DNA of 64,000 nucleotides from positions 320,330-384,329 of the forward strand of contig QZIT01000005.1 of assembly GCA_003599145.1 (NCBI GenBank), written 5' to 3'. A program made the position numbers and the translations under genes. Origin of the DNA: Candidatus Woesearchaeota archaeon (GTDB lineage Archaea; Nanobdellota; Nanobdellia; Woesearchaeales; UBA9642). The notes beneath the pieces are model-generated. The model was given only the letters and a program-made list of their open reading frames with translations, made no database searches and had not been told where the DNA came from. Positions 42,191 to 52,654 of the stretch are shown piece by piece; position 1 is the stretch's first letter, and each line of letters opens with the position of its first letter.

Positions 42191-43026
42191 CATTTTTTTC
42201 GCTTTGTTTTTTCAGGATTGAACAAATCAACAAGCAAATAATAGAGCACATTATTTCTGTAGTCATTGCCAGGAGTCATACTCCACGTTCTTCCAATTTT
42301 CTGTTTAAATTTGTTAGTCATGGCTACGGTTTCATGAATGTGGCCGTGCAAGGTTAGTTTGGGCTTATATTTTTCGATAGCTCTTTTTAGAGCAATGCTG
42401 CCAACATGCTTTCCCGTATGAATAACATCCAAAACAGTATCATAAGGAGGAGTATGCACTATCCATATTGCTTTTTCACCTTTGCATTTTTTTGCAATTT
42501 TATCAAAATCGTGGGCAATGCTATTTTTGCGTTCATGCAGATTTATTTCGTGGTTTATGAACCCTCCTTTTTTACTCAGCATTCCTGAAGTAACAAAATC
42601 TCTATACGTTGTTTCCAGAACATCAGGAGCATCAATTTTTTCCCAGTCTTTAAAGCGAAATGGCGTCAATGGCACATAAGGATATCCTGTGATAGACAAT
42701 CCTGCAATTTTTTTTGGTTTGTCAGACAATATAAAAAGATTTTTTTGTTTTTTTGCAAGAGTTTGAAGAGAGGTCCTATTTGCCTTGAAATCATCATTGC
42801 CCATAATAAGATAAACCGCAATATCTGAATATTTTTTCAGCAAAGGAAGCAAGCAATCCGCAAAGAAAAATTTCTGTTGTAAAATCGTTCTCCTTATTCC
42901 ATCTTTTGGTGCTAAATCTCCTCCAATAATGATCAGGTTTACTTTTTCTTTTTTTGCCGCTAAAAACAGCTTTTCATACTGCATAATATTGCCGTGCAAG
43001 TCAGCAGAAAAAAGAAACTTTTTCAT
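42187..43026 (-). CDS. calcineurin-like metallophosphoesterase
   Basis: Motifs are 'SADLHGN', 'IIGGDLAPKD', 'GNDDF', 'VHTPP' and 'HGHIHE'. Confidence 0.75.
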   Translation of the reverse strand: MKKFLFSADLHGNIMQYEKLFLAAKKEKVNLIIIGGDLAPKDGIRRTILQQKFFFADCLLPLLKKYSDIAVYLIMGNDDFKANRTSLQTLAKKQKNLFILSDKPKKIAGLSITGYPYVPLTPFRFKDWEKIDAPDVLETTYRDFVTSGMLSKKGGFINHEINLHERKNSIAHDFDKIAKKCKGEKAIWIVHTPPYDTVLDVIHTGKHVGSIALKRAIEKYKPKLTLHGHIHETVAMTNKFKQKIGRTWSMTPGNDYRNNVLYYLLVDLFNPEKTKRKKC

Positions 43027-43137
43027 AGAATAAGGGAGGGCAAACCTATTTATAAAGCTGATGAAGTTTCAAGAGTCAAATTATTTATTTATAATTATAA
43101 GGTGAATCTTTAAATAGAATTAGAGAGTTTCTCCACC

Positions 43138-43899
43138 ATGGCCAATGAAGAAACAGAGAAAAGAAAAAAGGTTCTAGAAACACTTTTAGCAGAAAAAGAT
43201 TGGAAACAATCCACATCAGGAATCTTTTTAGGAGGCTCTGTTGCATATGGCCCTGAATACGGAGTAAGAAAAGATTCAGATATAGACCTTGTTTTGATAA
43301 CTAATGACTTTTTGCCTTTACTGAGAACGTTTAAAAATCACGAACAATATGAACACATCTTAAAAAACAGGTTCTTTGAAGGAATTTGTTTAAAATTTGA
43401 GCAAGATGGTATTCCTGTTAGTGTTCATATTTTAACAGAAGATGCTCTTGATATTATTGCAAAATGTTTTGTAGCAGATTTGCGATTATTAAGAGAAGGT
43501 GGCAAAGCGGGAACCTATCTTTTAAGAGGATTTGAAGGGCAAGAATATCCATACAGTGTAAAAAATATTCCACTTGAAAAAGCTCAAGGTTTTTACAGAA
43601 CAATTGTTCCAATAAGCTTTATCAACAATGACAGATACTTTATAGGAATTCATAGAGATAAACTCATGAGCAACCCTCAAATAATATATGACCCTCATGG
43701 AATCATAGAAAGAGCAATCGATAAGACGTGGAATGTAATGATGAAAAATTTTATTGATGAATCAAGACGCCTCTATGGAACTGTTGATCCTTCAAGAATG
43801 AGCATCGCTAGAGCGCTGGTAAAATTTAACGCTATGGATGACGACGTACAGAAATCAATACAAGAAAAAGAACGTGCTTATCTTGCCATGCTAACGTGA
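43138..43899 (+). CDS. Pol-beta-superfamily nucleotidyltransferase domain protein
   Basis: The minimal NTase motif is 'GIFLGGSVAYGPEYGVRKDSDIDLVLI'. Confidence 0.5.
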   Translation: MANEETEKRKKVLETLLAEKDWKQSTSGIFLGGSVAYGPEYGVRKDSDIDLVLITNDFLPLLRTFKNHEQYEHILKNRFFEGICLKFEQDGIPVSVHILTEDALDIIAKCFVADLRLLREGGKAGTYLLRGFEGQEYPYSVKNIPLEKAQGFYRTIVPISFINNDRYFIGIHRDKLMSNPQIIYDPHGIIERAIDKTWNVMMKNFIDESRRLYGTVDPSRMSIARALVKFNAMDDDVQKSIQEKERAYLAMLT

Positions 43900-45492
43900 C
43901 TAACCCTTCGCAATCTTTCTTGCAATACTTTTTCTATGGCGATGTTCATGCTTTTCATACACATACAGATAGCCTATGGCAATGCCCACGGCATAGCATA
44001 TCCCCAATAACAAAGAGCTCAAGAGTGAAAGATGCATGGTCATGATGAAGTATCGCGTAAAATTTACCAAAACAAAAGCATAAATCAAAGAAACAGCAAA
44101 CACAAACACTTCAGGAATTATTTTTATCGTGCTGATATCGTTGGACTTGCTGATAATCTTTATTAAAAAGATGCAGGAGACAATGCCTATAAGCAATGTT
44201 AAAACGTAAATCACGAAGGCGCTTTTTATCAAGGCAATCATCATTAAAATAAGAAAAAACAGCACGAAATAATTAGTCGCCAAAAACAATATCAGCAATA
44301 AAAAGTAAAAATGGGGCTTGTGCAATTGCTTTTTCATGATGGCATAAATCAGCAAGCTTTGATTAACAGAAAAGAACAGCAAAAACAGCAGTTTATCGTA
44401 AAAGAACGTAAAGTTCATTGCAATAAATCCTCTCACGATATTTCCTATGGATGTTCTCAGCAATGCATAGAGGATGGGAATTGAGTAAAAAACAAAAAAG
44501 CCTATGGTTATCAGCAATCCAACAATAACAAACAATGCATACCATTGAATGACTTTTTTTTCATAGGGATGCGGATGAAAAACAAACAACGGCTGAAACT
44601 TGGATTTAATATATAACTTTGTTTTTTCCAGAAGGTTATAAATGCCCAGCCAGTGCTCAAACGCATAGTAGATATCTGTCTTTAAAAAGAATAAAAACTG
44701 CCATAGCAATCCAAAAAACTCTAGTAAAATAATAAATTTCAAAAATCCGTACAGCAAAAGTGAAAAATGAAAAAACATGTCACTGAAAAACAACAGCAAT
44801 AAGGAAACGGCAATCACTAAACAATCTGCAAGCATACCTGCAAAAATAACCCTAAATCGTTTTTCTCTTGACACTGCATACAGGTTGGTAACATCAGTAA
44901 TAGCAACCAAAAAATGCAGTTTGTGGGTAATTCCAAATTTTGCCTTTACCTGCAAAGACCGTGCTGCAAGATAATGTCCGAATTCATGCAGCAATACAAA
45001 AAACCAACCAGCAAGAAAAGACAAGGGAAGCAAAATAATGTAGAGGTCAGTAAAAAAATAATCCCTGCTTCTGGGAAAATACTGGGGGTTCATAATAAGA
45101 ACAGCTAAAGCAAAGAGAAACAGCATAAAATAGACAGTGTATGCCAACGGAGAAAAGAAAGGTCTTGCTATTTTTGGCTGGATAAAATCATAGAGTTTTT
45201 TTGCAGGTTCATCATGCAAGGATTTCTTGTCAAGGGTTTTAACAAATCCGTGCTCTATCAATGCATGAACAAATCCTCTCAGATCAACAAATCCGTGTTT
45301 TGCTCTTACAGCTTTTTCAACAGCATCAAGCGCATGCCCTTTTTTAATTTCCTGAATAATGTCAACTCCAAGCTTAGGCATCAAAACAAAAATCTCTGTT
45401 TTTTCCCTTCCGACAATATAGTGCGATTTATCCTTGGTTATGCTTAAGTCATGCAATCCTAAAACGCTCTTTTTTGAAAAATGAACAGACAT
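43900..45492 (-). CDS. polytopic membrane zinc metalloprotease (HExxH), M50-like
   Basis: 'LLHEFGHYLAARSL' lies within a TM-rich body. The N-terminal ~90 aa form a soluble domain. Confidence 0.5.
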   Translation of the reverse strand: MSVHFSKKSVLGLHDLSITKDKSHYIVGREKTEIFVLMPKLGVDIIQEIKKGHALDAVEKAVRAKHGFVDLRGFVHALIEHGFVKTLDKKSLHDEPAKKLYDFIQPKIARPFFSPLAYTVYFMLFLFALAVLIMNPQYFPRSRDYFFTDLYIILLPLSFLAGWFFVLLHEFGHYLAARSLQVKAKFGITHKLHFLVAITDVTNLYAVSREKRFRVIFAGMLADCLVIAVSLLLLFFSDMFFHFSLLLYGFLKFIILLEFFGLLWQFLFFLKTDIYYAFEHWLGIYNLLEKTKLYIKSKFQPLFVFHPHPYEKKVIQWYALFVIVGLLITIGFFVFYSIPILYALLRTSIGNIVRGFIAMNFTFFYDKLLFLLFFSVNQSLLIYAIMKKQLHKPHFYFLLLILFLATNYFVLFFLILMMIALIKSAFVIYVLTLLIGIVSCIFLIKIISKSNDISTIKIIPEVFVFAVSLIYAFVLVNFTRYFIMTMHLSLLSSLLLGICYAVGIAIGYLYVYEKHEHRHRKSIARKIAKG

Positions 45493-45532
45493 ACTGCAAT
45501 ATCAGCATGCTTGTTTTAATAAGTTTTTGTTT

Positions 45533-45868
45533 TCAGAAATCAAATCTTCCATCTGAAGACTGGTCAACAAGGCTTGCTGCATGCAAGTCTTCCTGCTTGG
45601 CAACCATGGCATTGTTGCAGTAAGGGCACCTGCTGACCACGGCGCCTTTTTTTCTGCTGAACTTATAACCGCATTTCTTGCAATACCATTTGTCTACTTC
45701 CTTTTGTTCTGCAGGCTTTACGGTTGGCGCAGGCCTTGCAGTTTGCGGATTCTGTCTTGCATAGCAATCCTCGCAAATAAGGTTTTTGCCTGTCTTATCA
45801 TATTTCATAGTCATAACCCTAAAGCGATTGCCGCATGAATTGCACTTCAATTTAAGCTCTGCATCCAT
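45533..45868 (-). CDS. double zinc-ribbon protein
   Basis: Cys pairs are 'CNSCGN...CEDC' and 'CKKCGY...CPYC'. The start is taken at MDAELK, 27 codons into the longer track ORF. Confidence 0.45.
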   Translation of the reverse strand: MDAELKLKCNSCGNRFRVMTMKYDKTGKNLICEDCYARQNPQTARPAPTVKPAEQKEVDKWYCKKCGYKFSRKKGAVVSRCPYCNNAMVAKQEDLHAASLVDQSSDGRFDF

Positions 45869-45952
45869 AGCTTTTAAGATGATTTGGTAATTTATATAGT
45901 TTATGGAAGAGCCTACGAATAGGTATATAAATGCCCTTCCGCTACGCAAAGC

Positions 45953-46579
45953 ATGGACTATAACCAGAACAAGCTAAAGGCAAAAGAGCGCTTACTTGAC
46001 TTCTTTAAAAAAAAAGGCAAAAGCCCTTTGACAAGCAGCAGAATACCTCCTGGGCAGCACACCGTTTCAGGGTTTCCCGTATTGGATTTAGGCGCTCAAC
46101 CAAGCATGGATCTAAGCATGTGGAAGCTCAAAATAAGCGGCTTGGCCAAAGGAGAGTTTTTCCTTGAAGAACTGAAACAATTAGGCGTTCAGGAATACAC
46201 CAAGGACTTTCACTGTGTCACCAGCTGGACTAAACTTGATGTTGCATGGAAAGGCATACCTATAAAAAACATCCTTAAAAAAGTCAATCCTGACCCTTCC
46301 TGGAAGTTTCTTATACAGTACGGCAAAGACGGCTACAGCACCAATGTTTCCAGAGAAGATATAGAACATGACGATGTTTTTCTTGCCTTTGAGCTGAATC
46401 ATAAGCCAATTCCTAAAGAACACGGCTTTGTAAGGTTGATCATACCGCACTTATACGGATGGAAGGCAAGCAAATTCCTTACAGAGCTTGAGTTTTCTCT
46501 AGAAGATAAGCCTGGATTCTGGGAAGTTAGGGGTTATCACAACAGAGGAAACGCATTCAAAGAAGAACGATATGACTAA
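45953..46579 (+). CDS. sulfite-oxidase-family molybdopterin-binding oxidoreductase domain protein
   Basis: The Moco-domain pattern 'HCVTSWTKLDVAWKGIPIKNIL...GYSTNV...HGFVRLIIPHLYGWKASKFLTELEF' is present. Confidence 0.65.
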   Translation: MDYNQNKLKAKERLLDFFKKKGKSPLTSSRIPPGQHTVSGFPVLDLGAQPSMDLSMWKLKISGLAKGEFFLEELKQLGVQEYTKDFHCVTSWTKLDVAWKGIPIKNILKKVNPDPSWKFLIQYGKDGYSTNVSREDIEHDDVFLAFELNHKPIPKEHGFVRLIIPHLYGWKASKFLTELEFSLEDKPGFWEVRGYHNRGNAFKEERYD

Positions 46580-46616
46580 TGAAAACTTTTATAAAGCATT
46601 CCTCTCTAAATAAAGT

Positions 46617-47627
46617 ATGGCTGAAGAGAAAACATCAAGGCTTTTCTTCTTTATCATACTGTTAATTTTTCTGATACTGACTTTTCTATTAATACGCCCT
46701 TTTTTCGGCTATATTGTTTTAGGCATTATTTTGGCAATCATCTGCTTTCCTGTTTATCAATGGCTTGTTAGAAAGATAAAGCATGAGAATACTGCCGCAG
46801 GCATCATGATTGTGCTTATCTTGCTTTTAATCATCATCCCTAGTTTTCTCGTTGTCAACAAATTAGTGATTGAAACCAAAAAAGCAGTTATTGGTTTTGG
46901 CAATGAAGGAGCATTTTCTTCAGCAATAGACAATCTTGAAGAAAAAACAGGCATTGACATCAGAGTGTATGTTTCGAACATTTTTCTCACCGTAAAAAAC
47001 TATATTATAAGCGCTGCTCCGAAACTCATTACGAGCATAGCAGGCATTCTTTTAGGGATTTTTGTCATGTTTTTCATCATGTTCTATACGTTCAAAGGCG
47101 GCAATCAATTGCTAGAGGAATTTAAAGAGCTGCTGCCTTTAAAGAAAAAATACAAGGTAAAGCTCTTCAGCGAAACAGAAAACGTCATCAAGGGCGTTCT
47201 GTATGGACAGGTTGTTACTGCGTTTGTTCAGGGAATTCTTGGATGGCTGGTACTTTTTATTTTTGGAGTTCCCAATCATTTATTCTGGGGATTTATCATG
47301 CTGATCCTTGCATTCCTTCCTGTTGTCGGCACTCCGCTGATATTTGTTCCTGCAGGCATATACATGCTTCTCCATGGGAATATTACCTCAGGCATGTTGA
47401 TTCTCATACTGGGATTTACCATAGTCATGAATATTGACAATTATATCAAACCAAAGCTCATTAGCAACAAAACAAAGATTCCTCCTGTTGTTGCACTTAT
47501 TGGAGTCTTAGGAGGATTTGCCGTGTTTGGATTTGTAGGCATCATTTTAGGACCATTGATTATTGCACTCTTTATGGTGCTCCTGCGATTCTACAATGAA
47601 GACTTTAAAGAAAGCATTAACGAATAA
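46617..47627 (+). CDS. AI-2E family transporter (PerM/UPF0118)
   Basis: The protein is polytopic. Family-typical segments are 'LYGQVVTAFVQGILGW', 'FLPVVGTPLIFVPAGI' and 'PVVALIGVLGGFAVFGFVGIILGP'. Confidence 0.75.
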   Translation: MAEEKTSRLFFFIILLIFLILTFLLIRPFFGYIVLGIILAIICFPVYQWLVRKIKHENTAAGIMIVLILLLIIIPSFLVVNKLVIETKKAVIGFGNEGAFSSAIDNLEEKTGIDIRVYVSNIFLTVKNYIISAAPKLITSIAGILLGIFVMFFIMFYTFKGGNQLLEEFKELLPLKKKYKVKLFSETENVIKGVLYGQVVTAFVQGILGWLVLFIFGVPNHLFWGFIMLILAFLPVVGTPLIFVPAGIYMLLHGNITSGMLILILGFTIVMNIDNYIKPKLISNKTKIPPVVALIGVLGGFAVFGFVGIILGPLIIALFMVLLRFYNEDFKESINE

Positions 47628-49458
47628 TCTCGTGCATTAATTCTAAAAACAGGGCGTTGCTCCAGGACTGTGCAAAACAGCCAAAGCTTTCCATATGCGA
47701 TGCTGAACTTATTTCAGCATGATGCCCCATAAAACCGCAAAAGAGAATTTCTTTGCTGCTGGCATTCGCAATATGCTCTATATATGGTTTGAAAAAGTGC
47801 TTATCAACTCTCTGCAAGCAGATGGCTGCAAGGTTATTCATAAAAAACCAAGAGTCACCTCTGTGATAACTTTGGTCATTCTGGCCTGTATGGTCCTTGC
47901 AAAACAAATGATGGTCTTTTGCAATTGATGCAAGGCCTCCCCATGAAAGCCAGAGCTTTTCAAGCGCCTTGCTAAAAACCATTTTCCATTCTTGTTTTTT
48001 TAAAAGATTGGGATAAGCATAATATGCTAAAAAAATATTGGGGCGGATGGTTGCATCATCAACGCCATCATAGAGAAGATCGCCGTGAAAAAAAACGTTC
48101 TTAACGTTATCTGCCATTGCCTTTTCTTCCTGAGCGTATGTTTCTGAGGGCAGGTTCACTTTCTTACTGAGATATTGTGCGCACTGCAGCATGGACAAAT
48201 GAAGACACTGAATTTCTATACGTTTTCCTGCGCGAGTATCGTTTGCATAGTTCGTATCCATCCAAGTCTCCTGGGCATTATTAACCATAAGGCCATCATG
48301 CCCATGCTGTTTTTTCAACTGCGCAAGCGAGTACGCAAGCCTTTCCTGCATATAAGCTAGCTCATGCGGCGAAAAATACTGGTCAAGCAGCCTCTTTTCT
48401 TCAAGGCACCTGACAAACTTGTAAACTCTATGAAATAACCACCCAACGCCATCCGCGCTGGGAATGCCGCCATAGGGTGTTATATTGCCTATTCTTCCAT
48501 CTTCCTGAATGTGCTCAATATGCTTTAGGAGAATTTTTTTTGCCAGCCCATACTTCTTCTCTAGAGTGAGTGAGTGCAAAGAAAGCAGTTCATCTCTCGA
48601 CCAAAACTGAAAAAACCAAGGAAGACCTGCAAAAATTCCCAACGTTGTTTTATGCTTTGTAGTGATATTCATGATCATTTTTTCCATGCTCAGCAATGCG
48701 CTGCTATACGCAGCTCTCCATTGCTTATTTTTAAGAGAAGGCATTTTCTGTCCTATAAGTGAAACATAATGTTGCTCTAAATGCAGCATATGCTGCTTTG
48801 ATTTTTCCAAATCCTGCATTTTTTCCAATGCCTCTTTTTTTGTTTCTGCATAGGTTACTAAAACATGAGCGTTATCCTTTACTGCAAAACGCAACGCCCT
48901 ATACGCCCAGAAAGTAGATGTGCTGTTTCTTCGCTGGTCATAGGCATAATTTTTTTGAACCCACTGATTTGGCTTTTCCACAGAGACCATTCCTTTAAAA
49001 ACAATAAAACACGTTTTCTGCAGTTGCTGTGCATTGTCTTCTGCATATTTTCTATACTCGATAATAATCAAATCTTTTTGTTTTTTTATAGTGTAGATTC
49101 TTCCTTTGTCATGATAATCATAGATATCCCTGCAGTCAAGATCTACGGTTACCGTGGCTGCGCCCTGAAGATCATAGACTAAACCAGAAGGAAGCAGGAA
49201 AAACTTTTCTCTTGCATGTTCATAGACACGCTCAGCGTGATGCCCACTATGGACCAGCTCTTTAACGGGCTTTTCAAGAAAAATGCTTTCAATAACTTTA
49301 TAGTAGCTCCAGCGAGTATCAGCAGTATAGAGATAATGCAATCCTTGAAAGTTGGTGGTATTTTCACTTCCAAGAGAAAAAAAAGAGCCTTTATTGACTA
49401 ATAAAAAGCTCGCGTTGCCCTCTTCAGAAAGCTGGTGAAACGTGGTGGTGAGTTTCAT
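47617..49458 (-). CDS. glycogen debranching enzyme-like (amylo-alpha-1,6-glucosidase, GDE_C type) glycoside hydrolase
   Basis: Motifs of the (alpha/alpha)6 GDE family are 'WFFQFWSRDELLS' (FGRD-like), 'ETWMDTNY' and 'YHRGDSWFFMNNL'. Confidence 0.6.
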   Translation of the reverse strand: MKLTTTFHQLSEEGNASFLLVNKGSFFSLGSENTTNFQGLHYLYTADTRWSYYKVIESIFLEKPVKELVHSGHHAERVYEHAREKFFLLPSGLVYDLQGAATVTVDLDCRDIYDYHDKGRIYTIKKQKDLIIIEYRKYAEDNAQQLQKTCFIVFKGMVSVEKPNQWVQKNYAYDQRRNSTSTFWAYRALRFAVKDNAHVLVTYAETKKEALEKMQDLEKSKQHMLHLEQHYVSLIGQKMPSLKNKQWRAAYSSALLSMEKMIMNITTKHKTTLGIFAGLPWFFQFWSRDELLSLHSLTLEKKYGLAKKILLKHIEHIQEDGRIGNITPYGGIPSADGVGWLFHRVYKFVRCLEEKRLLDQYFSPHELAYMQERLAYSLAQLKKQHGHDGLMVNNAQETWMDTNYANDTRAGKRIEIQCLHLSMLQCAQYLSKKVNLPSETYAQEEKAMADNVKNVFFHGDLLYDGVDDATIRPNIFLAYYAYPNLLKKQEWKMVFSKALEKLWLSWGGLASIAKDHHLFCKDHTGQNDQSYHRGDSWFFMNNLAAICLQRVDKHFFKPYIEHIANASSKEILFCGFMGHHAEISSASHMESFGCFAQSWSNALFLELMHEIIR

Positions 49459-50435
49459 GATTTATTGATGATTTCAGATGCATCTCCAACGTTCAAGGTC
49501 TTGAACGCGCCTTCAACCGTTGCATCTCTGCCTATAACAGAATCCTTAATCTGCGCATTGACAATCTCGCTTGCCTCATCGATAATGCTATTATTGATAA
49601 GTGAATTTTCAACTTTGGTATCTGCCGCAATAGAGACAAACGGACCTATAACTGAGTTTTTAATGACTGCACCATCTTCAATAAATACAGGGTCAATAAT
49701 AACTGAATTTTCTGTTTTTATTTTTTTGCTATGCTTTTTCAGCAACACTTTATTGGTTTCCAGCAGTGTTTCAATAGTGCCGCAATCCATCCACGCTTTC
49801 AAAGACTGTGTGGTTATTTTTTCTCCTTTTTTAAGCAGTAACGCAAGCGCATCAATCAAACGATATTCTCCTTTTGATTGCATATTATTTTTCATCGCTT
49901 CCTGGAGTGAGGAAAATAATAGTGAAGAATCGTAGAGATAATACATGCCTACAATGGCAAGATTGCTGACAGGTTTTTCAGGCTTCTCTACCATGCCTGT
50001 AACATAGCCGTTTTTTACCGTAACAACGCCAAATCTTCTAGAGTCTGCAACTTCCTTAATCCAGATAATATTTTCTTTTTTTCTTCGTGCTTCCTTAATA
50101 ACCGATAAATCCGCATCGAAGATGGTATCTGAGAAGATAATCAAGCAGTCTTCTTTGACATCCTCTTTAACCTGATAAATAGCAAAGCCGTCTCCCAATA
50201 ACTGCTGTTGTTTTTTGATGTTAAATTTAAAAGCATAGTCCTTCAAAAATGTTTTGACGGTATCTTCAAAATCGCTGATGATTAAATGCACTTTTGAAGG
50301 CTTTACAGCTTGAATCCTATCAAGAATATGGCCTAGCATAGGCTTGCCTGCAACATGAATAAGCGGCTTTGGCTTAGAAAAAGTATGAGGCCTCATTCTT
50401 TTTCCTATACCACCCATGGGAATGATGACTTCCAT
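49455..50435 (-). CDS. sugar-1-phosphate nucleotidyltransferase with C-terminal left-handed beta-helix
   Basis: With the start at MEVIIPMGG the protein opens 'MGGIGKRMRP...KPLIHVAGKPML', the G.G.R NTP_transferase motif. The C-terminus has hexapeptide repeats. The track's longer start (50564) is unlikely. Confidence 0.75.
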   Translation of the reverse strand: MEVIIPMGGIGKRMRPHTFSKPKPLIHVAGKPMLGHILDRIQAVKPSKVHLIISDFEDTVKTFLKDYAFKFNIKKQQQLLGDGFAIYQVKEDVKEDCLIIFSDTIFDADLSVIKEARRKKENIIWIKEVADSRRFGVVTVKNGYVTGMVEKPEKPVSNLAIVGMYYLYDSSLLFSSLQEAMKNNMQSKGEYRLIDALALLLKKGEKITTQSLKAWMDCGTIETLLETNKVLLKKHSKKIKTENSVIIDPVFIEDGAVIKNSVIGPFVSIAADTKVENSLINNSIIDEASEIVNAQIKDSVIGRDATVEGAFKTLNVGDASEIINKS

Positions 50436-50466
50436 AAGAATAAATCGCCAAACTTGATTTATAAAG

Positions 50467-51444
50467 TTGCTGTTTTTAAAGAGAACAAACATCCAAAACA
50501 CATATAAATGCTCAAAAAGTCCTTCCTGTATGATTTGCATATTGGCATTGGTTGTTTTTGGCATTCTTGGAATTTTTAGTGTAAGCTATAGAGCCATAGC
50601 CAAAGAGGCATTTGATTGCGTCTTTAGAAGAATCACGCTAAGGAAATGCACTACTGGTTTAGACAAAAGACTTAAGAGCCAGATTACGGGAAAGTTGATG
50701 AAAAGAAGTCCAAAAACCGCAAAATTCGTCTATACCTATTTTGAAGCTATTTCCTGGTTTTTTACTATTTTATTAATTGCAAGCTTAGCCTATTCCGCTT
50801 ATGGCGCATACAACTATGTTATGTTTGGAAACTGCAATGGCCAGCAAGGAGGATTTTGCGTCTATGATGTCTTTGCGGGCAATAAAACAGAGTACAGCAC
50901 CTGTGCACCCGTAGCTGCTGCAGGAGACCTGATAAAGCCTGAGGTAACCAATCATTCTTTTTTTGGCCCTGAAAATGCAGAGCTGGAAATTATCGAGTTT
51001 GGATGCTATACCTGCGAGTATACGCGAAAGGCGCAGCCTGCTGTTGAAAAAATTCTTGAAACCTATCAAGGAAAAGTCAAATTTTATTTCTTAGATTTTC
51101 CTATTCCTGCTCATGAAAAAAGCAAAGAGCTTGCCATTGCAGCAGAGTGCGCTGGACAGCAAGGAAAATACTGGAGTTATTATGCGCGACTGTTCAGATT
51201 GGAAACTCCTGTAGCTGATGAACAGCTCTACCAATTAGCAGAGCAGCAAGGGCTGAATGTTGATGCATTTAGGCAATGCTATCTTGACAGAGAAACAGAA
51301 TCTATCGTCGATGAAGATATCGCCCTAGGCAAATACGCAGGCATCTATGGAACGCCGACTTTTTTCATAGGCAACCATACGCATGTAGGCCCTTTAAGCT
51401 ACAAGGACTTTAAAAAAATAGTCGAGAACGAACTGAACAGTTAA
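50467..51444 (+). CDS. membrane-anchored DsbA/thioredoxin-like thiol-disulfide oxidoreductase
   Basis: The C-terminal domain has 'EFGCYTCEYT' (a CxxC) in a DsbA-like context, 'FPIPAHEKSKELAIAAECA...YW'. The N-terminus is hydrophobic. The start is uncertain and may be 50530. Confidence 0.55.
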   Translation: MLFLKRTNIQNTYKCSKSPSCMICILALVVFGILGIFSVSYRAIAKEAFDCVFRRITLRKCTTGLDKRLKSQITGKLMKRSPKTAKFVYTYFEAISWFFTILLIASLAYSAYGAYNYVMFGNCNGQQGGFCVYDVFAGNKTEYSTCAPVAAAGDLIKPEVTNHSFFGPENAELEIIEFGCYTCEYTRKAQPAVEKILETYQGKVKFYFLDFPIPAHEKSKELAIAAECAGQQGKYWSYYARLFRLETPVADEQLYQLAEQQGLNVDAFRQCYLDRETESIVDEDIALGKYAGIYGTPTFFIGNHTHVGPLSYKDFKKIVENELNS

Positions 51445-51475
51445 TCATTTAAATACCTCTTTCTTTCTTGATACT

Positions 51476-52654
51476 ATGAATGTTGAAAAATTGCGAAATG
51501 ATTTTCCTGTTTTGCAAAAGGATGTTGTTTATTTTGACAACGCATGCATGTCCTTAAAGCCTGTCCAAGTAATCAGCGCAATGCAATCCTATTATGAAAA
51601 TTACACTGCCTGTGGAGGCAGAAGCATGCACCAGTTTTCTAAAAAAGTAGATGAAGAAGTTGCAAAAGCCAGACAAACTATAAAAAAATTCATCAATGCA
51701 AAATCAGATAATGAGATTGTCTTTACCAAAAACACGACAGAAGCCATCAATCTTATTGCACATTCCCTCGACTGGAAACAAGGAGATGTTGTTTTAACAT
51801 CGGACAAAGAGCATAACAGCAATTTGGTTCCCTGGCAACAATTAAAAAAACAAGGAATTATGCATCAGGCCATTCAATCAAACAAGGACAACACGTTCAA
51901 CATAGAAAATTTAAAAAAAGTACTAACAAAAAAAGTAAAGCTCATTGCCATTCAGCAAACCTCAAATCTCGACGGTGCTAATTTTCCCATAGAAGAAATT
52001 GCAAAACTAGCCCACGACAACGGAACGTTGATTCTGGTCGATGCAGCGCAATCTGTTCCTCATATGGCAGTTGATGTAAAAAAGTTAGACGTTGATTTTC
52101 TTGCATTCTCAGGACATAAAATGCTCGGTCCAACAGGAACGGGAGTGCTGTATGGAAAATATCATCTCTTGGAAAATCTCAATCCATTTGTCACCGGAGG
52201 AGAAACGGTTGTTGAAACAACCTATGAAAGTGCAGAGTTTGAAAAGCCTCCTCATAAATTTGAAGCAGGATTGCAGAACTACGCAGGCATCATAGGATTA
52301 AACGCTGCAATTAAGTATCTCATGCCTATCCGAGAAGAAATACACGAGCATGAAGTGCAGTTGAATAAAATCATCAGCGAAGGATTAAAAGACAAGGTTA
52401 CGATCATAGGACCTGAAGATCCAAAACAGCGAGGAGGAATTGTTTCTTTTTACACAAAAATGGACAGCCACGAAATTGCATTAATGCTGGATCAGCAGAA
52501 CATACTTATCAGAAGCGGCGCCCATTGCGTGCATTCTTGGTTTAATGCGCATAACCTGCAGGGTTCTGCACGAGCGTCGGTATATTTTTACAATACAAAA
52601 GAAGAAGCGAAAGTATTTGTTGAAAAAACACAAAAGATTCTTGCGTTGAAATAA
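51476..52654 (+). CDS. cysteine desulfurase / class V aminotransferase (SufS/CsdA-like)
   Basis: 'SGHKMLGPTGTGVLYG' has the PLP-binding Lys. 'RSGAHC' has the catalytic Cys loop. The N-terminus 'FPVL...VYFDNA' is typical. Confidence 0.8.
   Translation: MNVEKLRNDFPVLQKDVVYFDNACMSLKPVQVISAMQSYYENYTACGGRSMHQFSKKVDEEVAKARQTIKKFINAKSDNEIVFTKNTTEAINLIAHSLDWKQGDVVLTSDKEHNSNLVPWQQLKKQGIMHQAIQSNKDNTFNIENLKKVLTKKVKLIAIQQTSNLDGANFPIEEIAKLAHDNGTLILVDAAQSVPHMAVDVKKLDVDFLAFSGHKMLGPTGTGVLYGKYHLLENLNPFVTGGETVVETTYESAEFEKPPHKFEAGLQNYAGIIGLNAAIKYLMPIREEIHEHEVQLNKIISEGLKDKVTIIGPEDPKQRGGIVSFYTKMDSHEIALMLDQQNILIRSGAHCVHSWFNAHNLQGSARASVYFYNTKEEAKVFVEKTQKILALK

Noticed and set aside
50436-50564. Longer start (50564) for the sugar-phosphate nucleotidyltransferase
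   Set aside because: The NTP_transferase fold begins at the conserved MGGIGKR motif. The extra 43 residues are hydrophobic junk and would overlap the divergent DsbA-like gene.
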